A stretch of 64,000 nucleotides of DNA, from NCBI GenBank assembly GCA_025786725.1, contig JAHLTZ010000032.1, positions 62,001 through 126,000 on the forward strand, in the 5' to 3' direction. Shown here in pieces: positions 38,751-51,242 of the stretch; the stretch's first letter is position 1, and each line of letters starts with the position of its first letter. The position numbers were made by a program, and so were the translations under genes. The DNA is from Syncephalis fuscata S228. Its lineage: Eukaryota; Fungi; Zoopagomycota. Under the pieces are notes generated by a model. The model saw nothing but the letters and a program-made list of their open reading frames with translations. It had not been told where the DNA came from and did not search any database.

Positions 38751-40028
38751 ATGAGCGATTTTACCAAAGATGAATTGGCCGTGCTCAACTGGTGTGCGCT
38801 AATAACATCTTCATTGGGCACTCTAGGCGCTTTAGCTATTATAGTGGTAAGCTAGCTGGCTTGTTGTCTAGAAATACGATGGTACCACGCTATAGCAGAT
38901 AAACTAACTCAATGGCAACAATTTAGAGCTATCACATATCTGCTCAATTCCGTACGCCCATCGCTCGTATCATGTATTTTAATGCATACGGTGAAATCAT
39001 AAGCTGTATTGGACAAATTACTGGCTTGTACGTGGACAGAACAAACAAGCATAGCTAACTCATCGGACATACTAAACTAATTTGTTTTCAATGCAGCTTC
39101 GCCGTTAACTTCCCGGCAGAACATCCGATTTGCCAGTATCAGGGCGCAATTGTACAAACTGGGCGATTATGGGGCGTATTGGGTGATTCGCTAGTTGGCA
39201 TCAGTCTATTCCTTATTGTTGTGAAACACGTGTCGCTAGAGCGTATCCACAAGCTAAACAATACTTTGTTTGTTATCATTGCAATCATTTCAATTCTTGA
39301 TGGATTTATTCCTCTATGGATTCATAGTACGCCAAAAGGCGGTCTATTGTATGGCCCTATGATGGGATGGTAAGGAACAACAAAGACAGTAGGCTGAATA
39401 TACCAATAACCATTGACTTAGGTGTTCGATAACAAGCAGCTATCCCAATTTACAATTTGTACAGGTCCACTTGCCCATTTTCTTAGTATTTATATCCAAC
39501 TCAGTGCTTCTTACATGGGTCGGCATTGTTTATTATAAAGTTTATAAGCGAATACAAAATAATCCATGCGATGAAGCATCAAAAGAGTCGGCCAAGCGAT
39601 ATTTACAGCGCTTTTCAATACTTGCTACCGTATTTACTACAGTATACATTCTTTGCTGGTTAGTTGCTGCATTTCCGCTTACTACAATATATCTAATAGC
39701 TGCTTTGTTTAGGTTTTCGCTTTTTATTAATCGGCTACTTGTCTTTGCAGGTATTACTACATACTCTATGTTTATATTACGCAACACTTGCACACCACTA
39801 CGTGGTATTTTCAACTTAATTCTATTTGCAGTAATAGCCATATCTACCAATACTACGAGTCCAGATTATATCAATAGAAATTTAAATGTGTACAAGCTAC
39901 ATTTAATATTGGACGATGAACCGCCGCCACCTTGTCGGCCAACCTATGAAGCCGGAAAAACCTCTCAAACTTTCAATAATTCTTATTTTTATCTTAAACA
40001 AAAACACTTTGTCAAACTAAATTGCTAG
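38751..40028 (+). CDS. cAMP-receptor-like GPCR, copy 3
   Basis: Tandem duplicate of copy 2 including ~0.8 kb upstream (35395-36217 vs 37968-38750) and the 3' flank; PLRGIFN. Confidence 0.78.
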
Positions 40029-40265
40029 TTTACTGCCGCCAAACTACTAGAATTACTTTTAAAAGTACATCATTATAATAACATTTGGTTTTAACGTTTT
40101 TTCAATACAAGCCAAATACCAAATGCTTGCAACTAAAATGCATCATTATTAGAGCAGCTATTGTTTTTATTGTATAGGCGCAGCCTTTTATCTTTTGCTT
40201 TGCATTTAGACAATAGCGTAATAAATTGATTTTCCCATAGTAAATGCAATATTTATTACAAAATA

Positions 40266-41463
40266 TTATTGGGCGTTCTTTTGCTCTTGTCGCTCGGCAA
40301 AGTAAGCTTTTAAGCTGTCACCGCCAAACACCATACACACCTGCTAGATGTCAGTAATAGTTTGCGTAGTCCATTAGCCACTTACAGTTAAATAAACACC
40401 TAAAGCAATCCGAGGCGTTACTCCACGATAAAAGCCCAATAGGCCATTACGCTGATAAATATAACGTGCACACGTCCAAATATTCATATTTGCTGGTCGA
40501 TCGGCCGACTTGGCTGCTGATTGCATTTCTACACGAATAACCTAAACAGTTTGCTGTTAATTGCTAGCAAGACTTTAAATAAACAAATGCTTACCTCAAT
40601 AGGTTGATTCCAGCATGCCAATGCTCCTCCTATAACCGATGCTAAACAATAACGATTAAATATAGTACTAAACAATCCCGTTTACTTCTTACATAAAATA
40701 CGTTCACCTGTAGTTAGTTTGCGCGTACTATCTGATCCACGAATTACATGCTCAGTCACGCGAGCAATACCTTTTCAAAGGGCCATTTGATATAAGTCTA
40801 ATGAAGTATTAAATATGCGCTACATCAAACTACTAACCAAAACGAGATCCCCAATTGGTCATTTGACGTACTGCCACCGCTGAAACACCTTTATTCAAGC
40901 CGCGAATACCTTCGCGCTGGAACACGTCGGCCGCAACCTTCCAAGTCGAAGCATTTACACCATCGGCTGATTTGTGTCGTGTCACTTCTACGGTTTTCAT
41001 AAAAGTACAAAATCCCATTGTTGTATAGGCCTGAGCAATACCTCCAGCCATGCCACCCAGTAAGCCAGCTACGGCGGGTGAACTGCCAAGAACAGTGCGT
41101 GCTTGATAATCAATTTCACTCGAGGTAAACAGTAAAACACCTCCCTTGGTCGATGCCTCAATCCACGCCCATGGAATTAAGCCTTGATAAAAGCCGCGAA
41201 AGCCGCCACGCTGATACGTCTTTTTAATCGTAGTAACCAAACCGTCTTCACGATGAGCTGTAGACATTACCGTTTACTTTAGACATGTCACACCAAATGC
41301 ATTCCTATTGTCTCTACTTACCTGCCATATGCGTCTTGACTACTTCGAACGGCTGGCCAAGAGTCGAGACTTCAAAAGTCTGGATCGCCGCACCCAGTGC
41401 AATATTAGTCCATGACACTGGCTTTTTTTGTGTTGATGCACTAGAAGCCGTTTGCTTGTCCAT
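40266..41463 (-). CDS. YHM2: mitochondrial citrate/oxoglutarate carrier
   Basis: [79 protein letters not shown]. Confidence 0.93.
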
Positions 41464-41769
41464 GGCTATTTTAGCAATAACTGGTACAAAGAATTTATTT
41501 AAACAGCTGATTAATATTCAGACTGGCGGGTAAAAAAAGATGAATAGCAATGTACTGACCACAGGCATTGACGACGCGCGTCGCTGCAGACATGAAATCC
41601 ATATCTGAAATCGACTCCAACTGATCTGGATTGACCTTTTAATTTACATTGACCCCTTTGTCAAGTTCCTTGTCAACTACATACTATTGCCTCTTTCCAA
41701 TTTCATATCTTTCTTCTAAAACTAGATCTACAGCTTTTCACTTTACACGATCGTGCTTTAGTTCTTACA

Positions 41770-44099
41770 ATGAAGCGTGCATACGGCGGACCACCAGTTG
41801 CTTATGCCAACAATGCTGGTGCCAACGGCTATACGCCGGGTCATCAGGCACATCCACCTCGCCATCACCACAATCCACAGCAGCCACAGCAGATGCAAGG
41901 CGGCCCAGGACAGCATCACAACCAACAGGGCGGCTATGGTCGGCCCCGCGGACAGCGCGGCGGTATGATGCATCGTCAGCACTACCATCATAACAACAAT
42001 CAGTATGCAGCACCGATGACACAACAGTCACCTATCAATTTTGGACAGCCAGCTCCAATGCAAGCACCTCACGCTATGGCACCAGTCTCATCTATTGCAC
42101 CTCCACTTCCTCCAGGCCCACCTCCTAATGCACAGCCGTCACTGATGCATAATATGCGTCCATTCCAAGGCCGTAACTATAATGCTGGCAATAATCACGG
42201 TGGATCAATGCCAATGGGTGGCAATACGCATTCTGGTCGTGGCAGAATGGGTGGTGCTGGCATGGGCCATAATAACAACAACAATTTTGTTCAAAGTGCC
42301 AACCAAACACCAGTGGCTATGAATGTTGGACCACGACCTGGATTACCAGCACCATCGTTTCCACCTGTCACTAATGCTAATACTAATAATACTAATAACA
42401 ACAATAACAATAGCGTTGGCACTAATAACAACAACAACAATAGCAATACAAATATACCTATGGCCAAACGCCAACGTCAAGGAGGTATAGGGCGTGACCG
42501 ACCAAGACATATGCATCAAATGCATCAACCACGACAAAGACATAGAGTACAAAGTCAAAGAAAACAGCACCAACAGCGGCAAATGAGTCCAGCTGTTACT
42601 ACTAGTGCAGCAAATGCTAAATCTAACGATGACAACAAAAAACAAGATAAAAAGAACGATGATATGGCCGAAAAGAAAAAGTTTTTGACTTTAGGCTAAT
42701 TCGCACTGTTATTGGATCATATACAGCTGGTGAGTATCATTTTTTATTAATTACTAATCAGCAATAATTATAATAACTATGAATTTATATTAATTTATAT
42801 TGATTATATTATTTAGAATCAACCGATGCCATTCCAGGTGGCCATGAACCGAAGCTTCGGTTTTATTTGCAAGACTCGGAGGATGGTGAATCACGACCGG
42901 ATGCTATTGCTATTACATTAGAAAGTGGCGTTATTCGCTTGTTTATACCTATTGAAAATGTCGACCGTATTCGTTTAGATATTGCTGAAGCAAGATTTGA
43001 ATTACATACAAACGGTATGCTTCAGGTAAGCTATTGATCAATATACTTGCTAATAATCTATTAATACTAATTCATTAAAGATGGAATGCTTGACAGACAA
43101 TGGATTTCAACCAGTCGAAGGCTCATCGAATCAGTTTTCAGAAACTACTAAAATCATTTGTATGGTGGATCGTGCACAGCCAATTACAGCACCCAAAGCT
43201 ACCGAAGAGTGCATTCGACGCTGGAGTGCAGCCAATTCACGCTTTCGTAAAGTGCTTGAAGTAACGCCGGGTGTGGAACCGGTAAGTAATAAGCAATAGA
43301 TGGATTTAATACTATCACCTTATGATTAACCTGCTATTGGCAGCCACGCACGCTTAAAGACATCATAGACGATTGGGCCCGTAGTTCAGGCCATGGCGAT
43401 CGTGGTGATCGTCTAAAGTTTGGCAGAGTGCATTTGTTTACTTCGGACCGTTTGCTTGAACTGCTTCGTCGTTCGCTTCGTAAAGATAGTCAGGCAAGCA
43501 TTGCATTCTCTGGGCTTGTCTCTCTTGTACAAACACTATCGGAACGTGCAACTGTTGTTGACCCCGAGTTGCGAGAGATGGTTCGCCCAGTGGTGGAACG
43601 TTTACCAGAAGCTGCGATATTTCGCGTAGCAGAACTTATGTGGGAGGAATGGATAACTGAAAACAAAGAGACTATGAATGAAAGCAATACTGCGAATGGC
43701 TCGGCACTGTCCAGTCCTACGCAGGTAAAGCAGAGTCCAAAGCAAGCACCAGAGCAAAACCAGCCAGCCTCAGCTGCTACTGCAACAGATAGTGATGCAG
43801 CAACGGCAATGTCAGAGGTAGCGGCAACGGCGGTGGCAGCTGTTGCAGCTGTTGTAACAGCCGCTGTAACGGATGAGCCTGCAAAAGCTGCTTCGCCTCT
43901 AACGTCGCTTGAAGAGATTGGTATAATTCCATCTTTACCGCAGCCTGAAGCGCCTCTGGATCAAACAGTGCTTACTACAAAGAATCCAAATGACCAGTCG
44001 GCTGTCTCTCTTCCAGCTGTCTTACCAGCAATGCCTGTCTTTGAAGAGGACCAGGACTCTGCCATGAGCGAGTCCGAGCCAAGTGATCACGAACACTAG
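41770..44099 (+). CDS. hypothetical protein with Q/N/G/P-rich N-terminal low-complexity domain
   Basis: 309-aa low-complexity first exon, further exons with gt/ag introns, 223-aa terminal ORF; frameshift near 42690. Confidence 0.7.
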
Positions 44100-45655
44100 G
44101 CGTCCTCTAGATAGCGCGTTTTACTTTGTTGTGAATAGTACTATCCTTTTTTTATTGTCATTATGATGGTACTTCATTTATATCGCAATTGCATCAGGCA
44201 TGCATTCTAAATTCACTATGCTTGCTATGGTTGGTTTTTCTACTTGGCAATACCGCCTTGGCCTTTCTACTCTTCTTCATGGTGAAACACATTGATTATT
44301 TGCGCGCTTGATTGCACTGCTCGTTTCGTATGTTTGCTCATTATATTTGTCATTATTTGGTGTGAATATGGGATTATATTTATGCTGCGTTCCAATCAAA
44401 TGGCTACTGTTTTTCGTTTATTGTACTGCTGTTAAAGCTTTGTGCCATTTCTGTACTTTCATCTAATCAACCAGCTATACGATGGATTATATCTGTGGCT
44501 ACGATTATTATCACCATTACTATTGCTATTATCGCTATGACTATTGGTATTATACAATAGATGAGGATAATGACGTTGATGTTGTTATTGCAGCTATTGT
44601 TGTTGATAATAGTGATACTGAGTGGCTACTATACTATCAATTTAAATAACTGGGCAATCTATGATTACATTATATTGATTGAAACAAATTACCAATGCTA
44701 TGTTTATTGCCATTTTTGCAAACAACAAATACGATAATTGGATTATATACATTTTATACATTTTATAGATAGATAGATATACTAAATATGCGCTATTTGA
44801 TAATGGATGATTATTACAACGGTTTAACAAAGATCGACCATATAATACGGCCACAATGATTCCACTCTACTGAAATACTATAATCCTATTTTCATTTACA
44901 TTTTATAAATAATACTATAAAAATGGTTTACACTGACTGATAGTATTTCATTTTATCATATATCAGTAGTTTACTATTACTGGTGTTAGTATCTTATTTC
45001 CATTTTTATTATTATTATATATTAACATCATTAAATTAATATGACCATTAATATGATCAGTTGTATTGTTATATATTATTATTATTTATTATTATTATTA
45101 TTATTATTATGTGCATTGTTATATGTTATTGTTATTGCAATGGTTGTTGTATCATTGTAACAATAATGGCTAGTTAACCAATCAACGCTGTCATGAATAC
45201 ATCCTCTCTTGTACTTTCATGTGGCGTTGATTGGTTGGCTAGCCATTATTGTTATTGCAGTAGTGGCTGTATTTGAATACAACTACTACACCAATCCACC
45301 TGACACGTTTATTTCACTTCTGTGTACTTTTTCTTTTTACGTACCACGTCATTCTGTCTATTACGCCAACAATATTTTACTTGATTGTTTCTTCCTGCGA
45401 GTAATAGCGATATTAATAACATTGGTATAGTTGTAGTCTATCTACAGAGTGTACATTGTTACTATAACACTATCTCTACCCTACTATTGTTATTCTTTAG
45501 TTTCACGCTTTTCTATCACGTTCAGCAATAACAACAACAACGCTAACAATAGCAATAGCATAGTATTTTTGATTAATTGCTATACAGTTGTAAATTGTAC
45601 CTTCATTTACTCTATCTTTATTTGATAATTGCTGGTTAAATTACGTACAGATACA

Positions 45656-47129
45656 ATGTCGACTGCTGCCTCTCCCATCACATCAGTCTCCGAAGCAAAT
45701 CACGAGACAGAATCGGCTCCAACAACAGAGTCGGCACGCAGACGTCGTGCTGCACGCCAGCGTCGTATTCTTGCCTCGGGTACAGATCGTCTTAACCGTA
45801 TTCGAGCTACATTTAGTGGTGAAGATGTGTCATCGCAAGTGGCGGCAAATCTCGTCCGGCAAGTGGACGGGCTACACCATTATCTCGTCCAACAACACCT
45901 TATCGTGAACGTAGTCCAGAACGAGAAAATGGTAAGTAAATTAAAGCAAAAGTATATAGAACTATAGAATGCAATCTAATACTTGTATGATTAACTGGTT
46001 CTGATACAGTAGATTCTGATAAATCCACAGCTTTTACGACAAGACCCATGCCTATCGAGATTCCTTCTCCTTTAAATGAGTTGGATTCACTTAATAATAA
46101 TAATAATAATAATAATAACGATGATAGTAATCAAACATTAAGCGCTGGTCTTATTTAAATTCACCTACATCATTGCCTCCTCATAGGCCATTGATGCGTA
46201 CCTCCTCTGCAGCCTCACTTCGTAGTCGGCGACATACACGACGGCCATCTGTGGAATCAATGACCGATATGGGCACAGTTGATGGTGCTAGTACACCAAA
46301 TATGCATAGTGGCCGTGAACGTAGTCACCATAGTCGACGTCCATCGTTGGCCGATGCCATGAATGATGCTATTCGCTCCTTGTCCGTTCAAATGATGCAT
46401 CCCTCACTATCGTCACGCCATCTTGTTGACGATCATGAATTAATCAAATGAATCAGCCGCATTCTGGCTTGCCTTCAAGTGACGATTGGATGTCTGGTAT
46501 GCCTATGGTAGCCGTTCACGTCGTGGTAGCGATGCCTCGGTCATTCTTATGCAAGAAATGGCACAGCTGGGCCAGTTTGCTTCATTTTTGCCACCCGATT
46601 TGGCAAATATAGCCAGTGGTGGTATTCCGCCCTTTTTACCCGCTGAATCCATTGAAACAATGGATACTAAACGTCGTAGACGTCAATGGCAGCTACTGCA
46701 TTTTGCAACTGTGCTAGGATTATCGCTGATAGTTGTGTCGTCACTCTTTAATGCAACACCATCAGCAGCCATCACTGCTACCGACACCTCCTCCTCTAGC
46801 TGGTTATCTAGCTGGTTTTCCGGTACTGTAAGTAACCACTATAAATGCAAGCGCTATAATTAACAAATATACCATCATTTATATAGCCGCTATTTTACAT
46901 ATTTCTTACTATGGAAATTGGATTGCAGTCATTCCGTCTTATGTTCGACAAGCGTATTGCTCCCCGCATCATCCAGCTACAAACACAATCTTCGCATATT
47001 AGTCAAATATTAGCATTAGCATCGCGATACAAGCTAATTTGGAATACATTTCTACTCGATCTATGTGTTCTCATATTTGTAGTGGGCATGGCTGTCGTTT
47101 GGTCGCCACAAGATACTAACGAGAAATAG
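45656..47129 (+). CDS. GET2: GET2/CAML-like ER insertase receptor
   Basis: ARRRRAARQRRILASGTDRLNRI N-terminal motif and C-terminal TM helices. Confidence 0.7.
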
Positions 47130-47487
47130 TATAGCAGCAATGACGACAGCAATAGATCTATTGGACAAAACCTTGGTTAAATATAATACAGTAATAGCTT
47201 ATTTTATTACATCAATTATTATATTTAAATCAAATGAATCTGTATTGTCGCGGCTCTGCCTTTATTACACTCGTTTTCTTTCATTCTTTCATTCCTTCAT
47301 TATTTTAGTTTCTATAATCACTCGGATTTTCCTTACGCTACTTGTTTTCAATCATCATTGCCATAATCATCATCATCATCATTATTATAATAAAATAGTA
47401 CTATTTGTTTTCTGATCATCTATTTGGCAGCAATAATAGCATAATTTATATTAATTAATTTTATCAAATTTCTTTTCATCCTGGCTA

Positions 47488-47953
47488 TTATGCCGATGTC
47501 ACAGTTGATGAGGCACCGGCAAGTTTTACGAATTCACGGCACACCTGCTCGCTAGTTGTTCGTTTAATTGCCATTTCCTTAATAGATCCGTCAACTTTAT
47601 ATTGTTTAATAATTAGCAATTGAGTCAAGTGTCTATCATCTTACTTACTCATTTGCATGGTAAGTTTGGGCGCCTGTGGTGTCGAGACGCGAGTAACGCG
47701 AAACTCTACCTGTGGATTGCTGAATTGTAACTGCGGTAGATTTTCACGTATAAAATAGCTAATAAATACAAGAATATCGATAACTATAAATGATACTGCT
47801 AACAATGCTATCTGTTTGCAATACTTACCGCGCACCAAAGTTGGCGGAATTACGATGGATGCTTACAGTTACTTTACGAACATTTGGCAGTTTTTGAGCA
47901 CCTAATCCATGCAAGAGACGTGCCATAATCGATTGAACGCGTGTTTGCGACAT
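47488..47953 (-). CDS. MRP49: mitochondrial ribosomal protein, L51/S25/CI-B8 domain (MRP49/mL61-like)
   Basis: NFGAR/YFIRENLPQLQFSNPQVEF; two introns. Confidence 0.75.
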
Positions 47954-48124
47954 GTTTTTCAATTGTTCTAAATATGATTCAATGAGATTGGCCACGAAGA
48001 TACAGTATTTACGCAAACTTACGCGTGGATTGTTGACACAATAAAGCGATTTGTAAAAAAGGGCACAATAGCTAATTAAAAAAAATTAAAAAAGCTGAGC
48101 AAATAATATAGATATTAAATCATA

Positions 48125-48835
48125 GAAACTATTGTACAATGATTTCATTTATCTATCCATTTCATCCCTTCACTTTTAAATACAATTAAACACTCATTCA
48201 TTACTATAACATGTATAATATTGCATCCAACACAATTGATTGATGTGTAATTATCATAAATAATGTAGTAATTAGTTATCTTTATTATTGCTTTAATATA
48301 TATACTGTCATTATGATATTAATTGTTCAAATGCCATTTATTTAGTTAGATTGGCTATAGGGAAGTGGCTGTTTAATAAACGCTTTATAATAATTATATT
48401 AATCTTATCTTACATCACAAATATGCCTAAATGCAATAGTAGAGTATTAGAAAATAAAAAACCATTCAGATGCAATAATCCATGCTATATATAGATGCGA
48501 CAAAAATGCGGAACGACATGGAATTGCCATCATATTAATTCTATTAATATTCGACCAATTTTCTACACATGGCCAACAACAATAATAATCGGCCTAAATG
48601 TTTCAAAAAGATCAAATAGTATGTTAATTATTTATTTAAATGTTAAAATAGCAGCCACTAATACAGTTTTTCTGTTACATTTAATCAGTTCTACTTTGTG
48701 GAAATGATAATAAATTACATTAATGGTTATTGTGAATGATAATTTAAATACAAATCAATTATTCAATCATTATGGTTGATTGCGTAAAATGACTTGTTGC
48801 GCTAAATGGGGGGGGGGATCAAAATGATGCCAACC
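48125..48835 (+). mobile_element. non-autonomous Fanzor-derived TIR element (copy 4, type-B 3' end)
   Basis: Left end gaaactattgtacaatgat (degenerate TIR), right end ...tcaaaatgatgccaacc; flanks aaatcata / aattaata (6/8); remnant YLTSQICPKCNS...CGTTWN....SINIR.IF.HMANNNNNRPKCF. Confidence 0.85.
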
Positions 48836-49140
48836 AATTAATAAATTTAAATATAAATTTAGTACATGGATGTGGTGTTGGTGGCAGGTGAAATTCTATT
48901 TGGCCCCTTTCAAACTTTTGCAATTGTCAAGGTAGGAGCGCAGATTTGTTATCACCTGCGTGTTTCGCAACAGGTTTATGTAAACCAGCTCACATGACAT
49001 GTTGTGGCGTGTATCCCGCTTTATAGAGCTTGATACGCGGGCCTCCCACTCGATGTCTAATATTCTTCAATTGTTTATCTTTTTCCCGCCAATCTTAAGC
49101 ACCTGGTCGTGCATCCATACCACATTACTATCAAGCATCT

Positions 49141-50086
49141 ATGGCCCCTAGCGAACCTTTCTACTACTGGGGCAATATCAAAATATTTCGCTCTGGTGAA
49201 TTGAATGGCTTTGACTTTTTAACTGAAGAGTTGAATGATTTGAGCGAAACAAGAGTACGCTTCTACAGCATCGGAATACAATTGCTGATTAACCATATCA
49301 TTCTCATTGTTTTTGTACGTAACTTCTACCATGGCGTAAAGATGGTTGTGGGGTGTCCAAAAACTTGATTGCTTGGTGCTGTTTAATGCCAGCAGCGCTA
49401 GGATGTGGCTTTCAAATCACAGCTATTAATTATGCACTGCCTAGTGAAGTAAATTGTCGTACTACAGTTTGGGGATATAGTGTTGTAATTGTAATAGTTA
49501 ATATTTTTGTTGACTTCATTATATTGCACAAAGCATGGCTGGCCCATGGAAGAAACACTTGGCTTTTTGTTGTAGGCATTTTATTGATGCTACCATTGCC
49601 CGGGACTGTATACGTTGTTTGGATGTACGGAGTGATTAAGGCAGACCGTGCCGTTGGCTGCTTGTTTATATACCCATACTACTACCCGCTTCTAAAAGTG
49701 GCCACCGAACTTCCTATCAACTTGGCTTTTTCCGCTGCGTTTCTCGTTGTAATAAGACGGCAGTACAAGCAAATGGGCTCGCGTGTGTGGAAATATTTGC
49801 TTAAAGAAGGATTTATTTATGTGTTTGGTGTTGTCATTTCCAACGTTACATGTCTACTTATCGCCACCACTAAACCAAATCCAAATATTGGTGAAGTGGT
49901 ATTTATTATTGATTGTAAGTCGCGAGATTGTAAAGCATAAAATAATTAACTAAAATACATTTAGGGGCAATTATTTCAACGCTTCTTATTGAGCAGCAAA
50001 AAGGTATTAGCAAGGCCTTTAAGCAAGACGTCCGGCCGAAAACCGACATGTCGCCACTTAACATTACCATGATTGAATACAAATAG
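49141..50086 (+). CDS. orphan 7TM/GPCR-like membrane protein (paralog of 21407-22400)
   Basis: AWCC, NCR, HKAWL, RQYKQMGSRVWKYLLKEG; intron in ID/W; RPKT tail; frameshift in A-run near 49360. Confidence 0.8.
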
Positions 50087-51242
50087 TATTGTCGACTGTC
50101 TATGACTATAAAGCTTTTAATTCTACTGTGATTTTTACATGACTTTGTATCTGTGCTTACTGGCAACTACACCGTTGTAATGATCCTATCAATCAATTTG
50201 CAACTAAAACATAGCCTTTGTAGGATTTTTACCTGTCATGCCCAACCAATGCTTAGAACAGGTTGGTACCGACTCTATCACTGCTATGGGTCGGGTCAAA
50301 CCAGTTAGTTTGCTGTTGTGCGACCAATGCGTTTAATATGCATCAAAATTACAAAATATTTGGGCATAAAAATAGCAAAGGAATTATTGAGCTCTGCAGG
50401 TTTTATTGGCCAAAAGGTTGATGTCACACATTTCTAACATGTAGTAAAAACTTGTTTACTACGATACTAATTGTTATTTAAAAAAATATTTCAGTGCAGT
50501 CGCGCCTTTATGCCTAAAAATAACGGCTATGTATATGCTTAGTATTTAATTCATAAAATAACAGCATCATTATTATTGCATACTACTGTACTTTGCTCTT
50601 TTTTGTTTAAAAAGTCATTAAAAGCATTTAGTTTGGCGCTTTTTTATTTTTTGATTATATATTAGTATGGATACTAATTGTGCTATTTTATAAGTAGCAC
50701 GTGTATTAACTTTTAATCAACCTTACTGGTCTTATAATAAATATAAAATATACACATTCAGTAAAATAAATGCGTTTAATCTACTTGCATAGCAAGCAAA
50801 TGACTTGATACTGTGTCCAGCTTTATTACTTCTATTGCTATTAGAAAATACAAAATAGCATTTACAGTTTAACTTACATCATTGCTATATAGTAGCAAAA
50901 TCAACTAATTCCATAAAAAAATTATATAACAATCAAGCTGGTTAACTAAAAAGAAAAAACATCACATGATAATTACTAAAATAGATTATTTAAACAAGTA
51001 AAACCTGAAATACACGCTTTAGGTGTCCTATTTAATAATTCAAACTGACATCTAGCGCATGCTGACGTCCTTTTATATTATATTATCATATGAGTTTAGA
51101 AACGCTTGCCAGGTACTTATTCAAAGTATTTTGTCTTATATACGTCTCATTTTTTATTTTCTTTTTATCGACATTTTTTCATACAATTAAATCATACAAT
51201 TAAATCATACAATTATTTTAATATATAATCAACCATAACGAT

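Noticed and set aside
44690-44740. VYCHFCKQQI resembling a BED zinc finger of a decayed transposase
   Set aside because: Too short, no other motifs or element ends found.
50261-50302. Hairpin ccgactc...gggtcgg downstream of the 7TM gene
   Set aside because: Single copy, no tRNA or snRNA features; insufficient evidence for an ncRNA.
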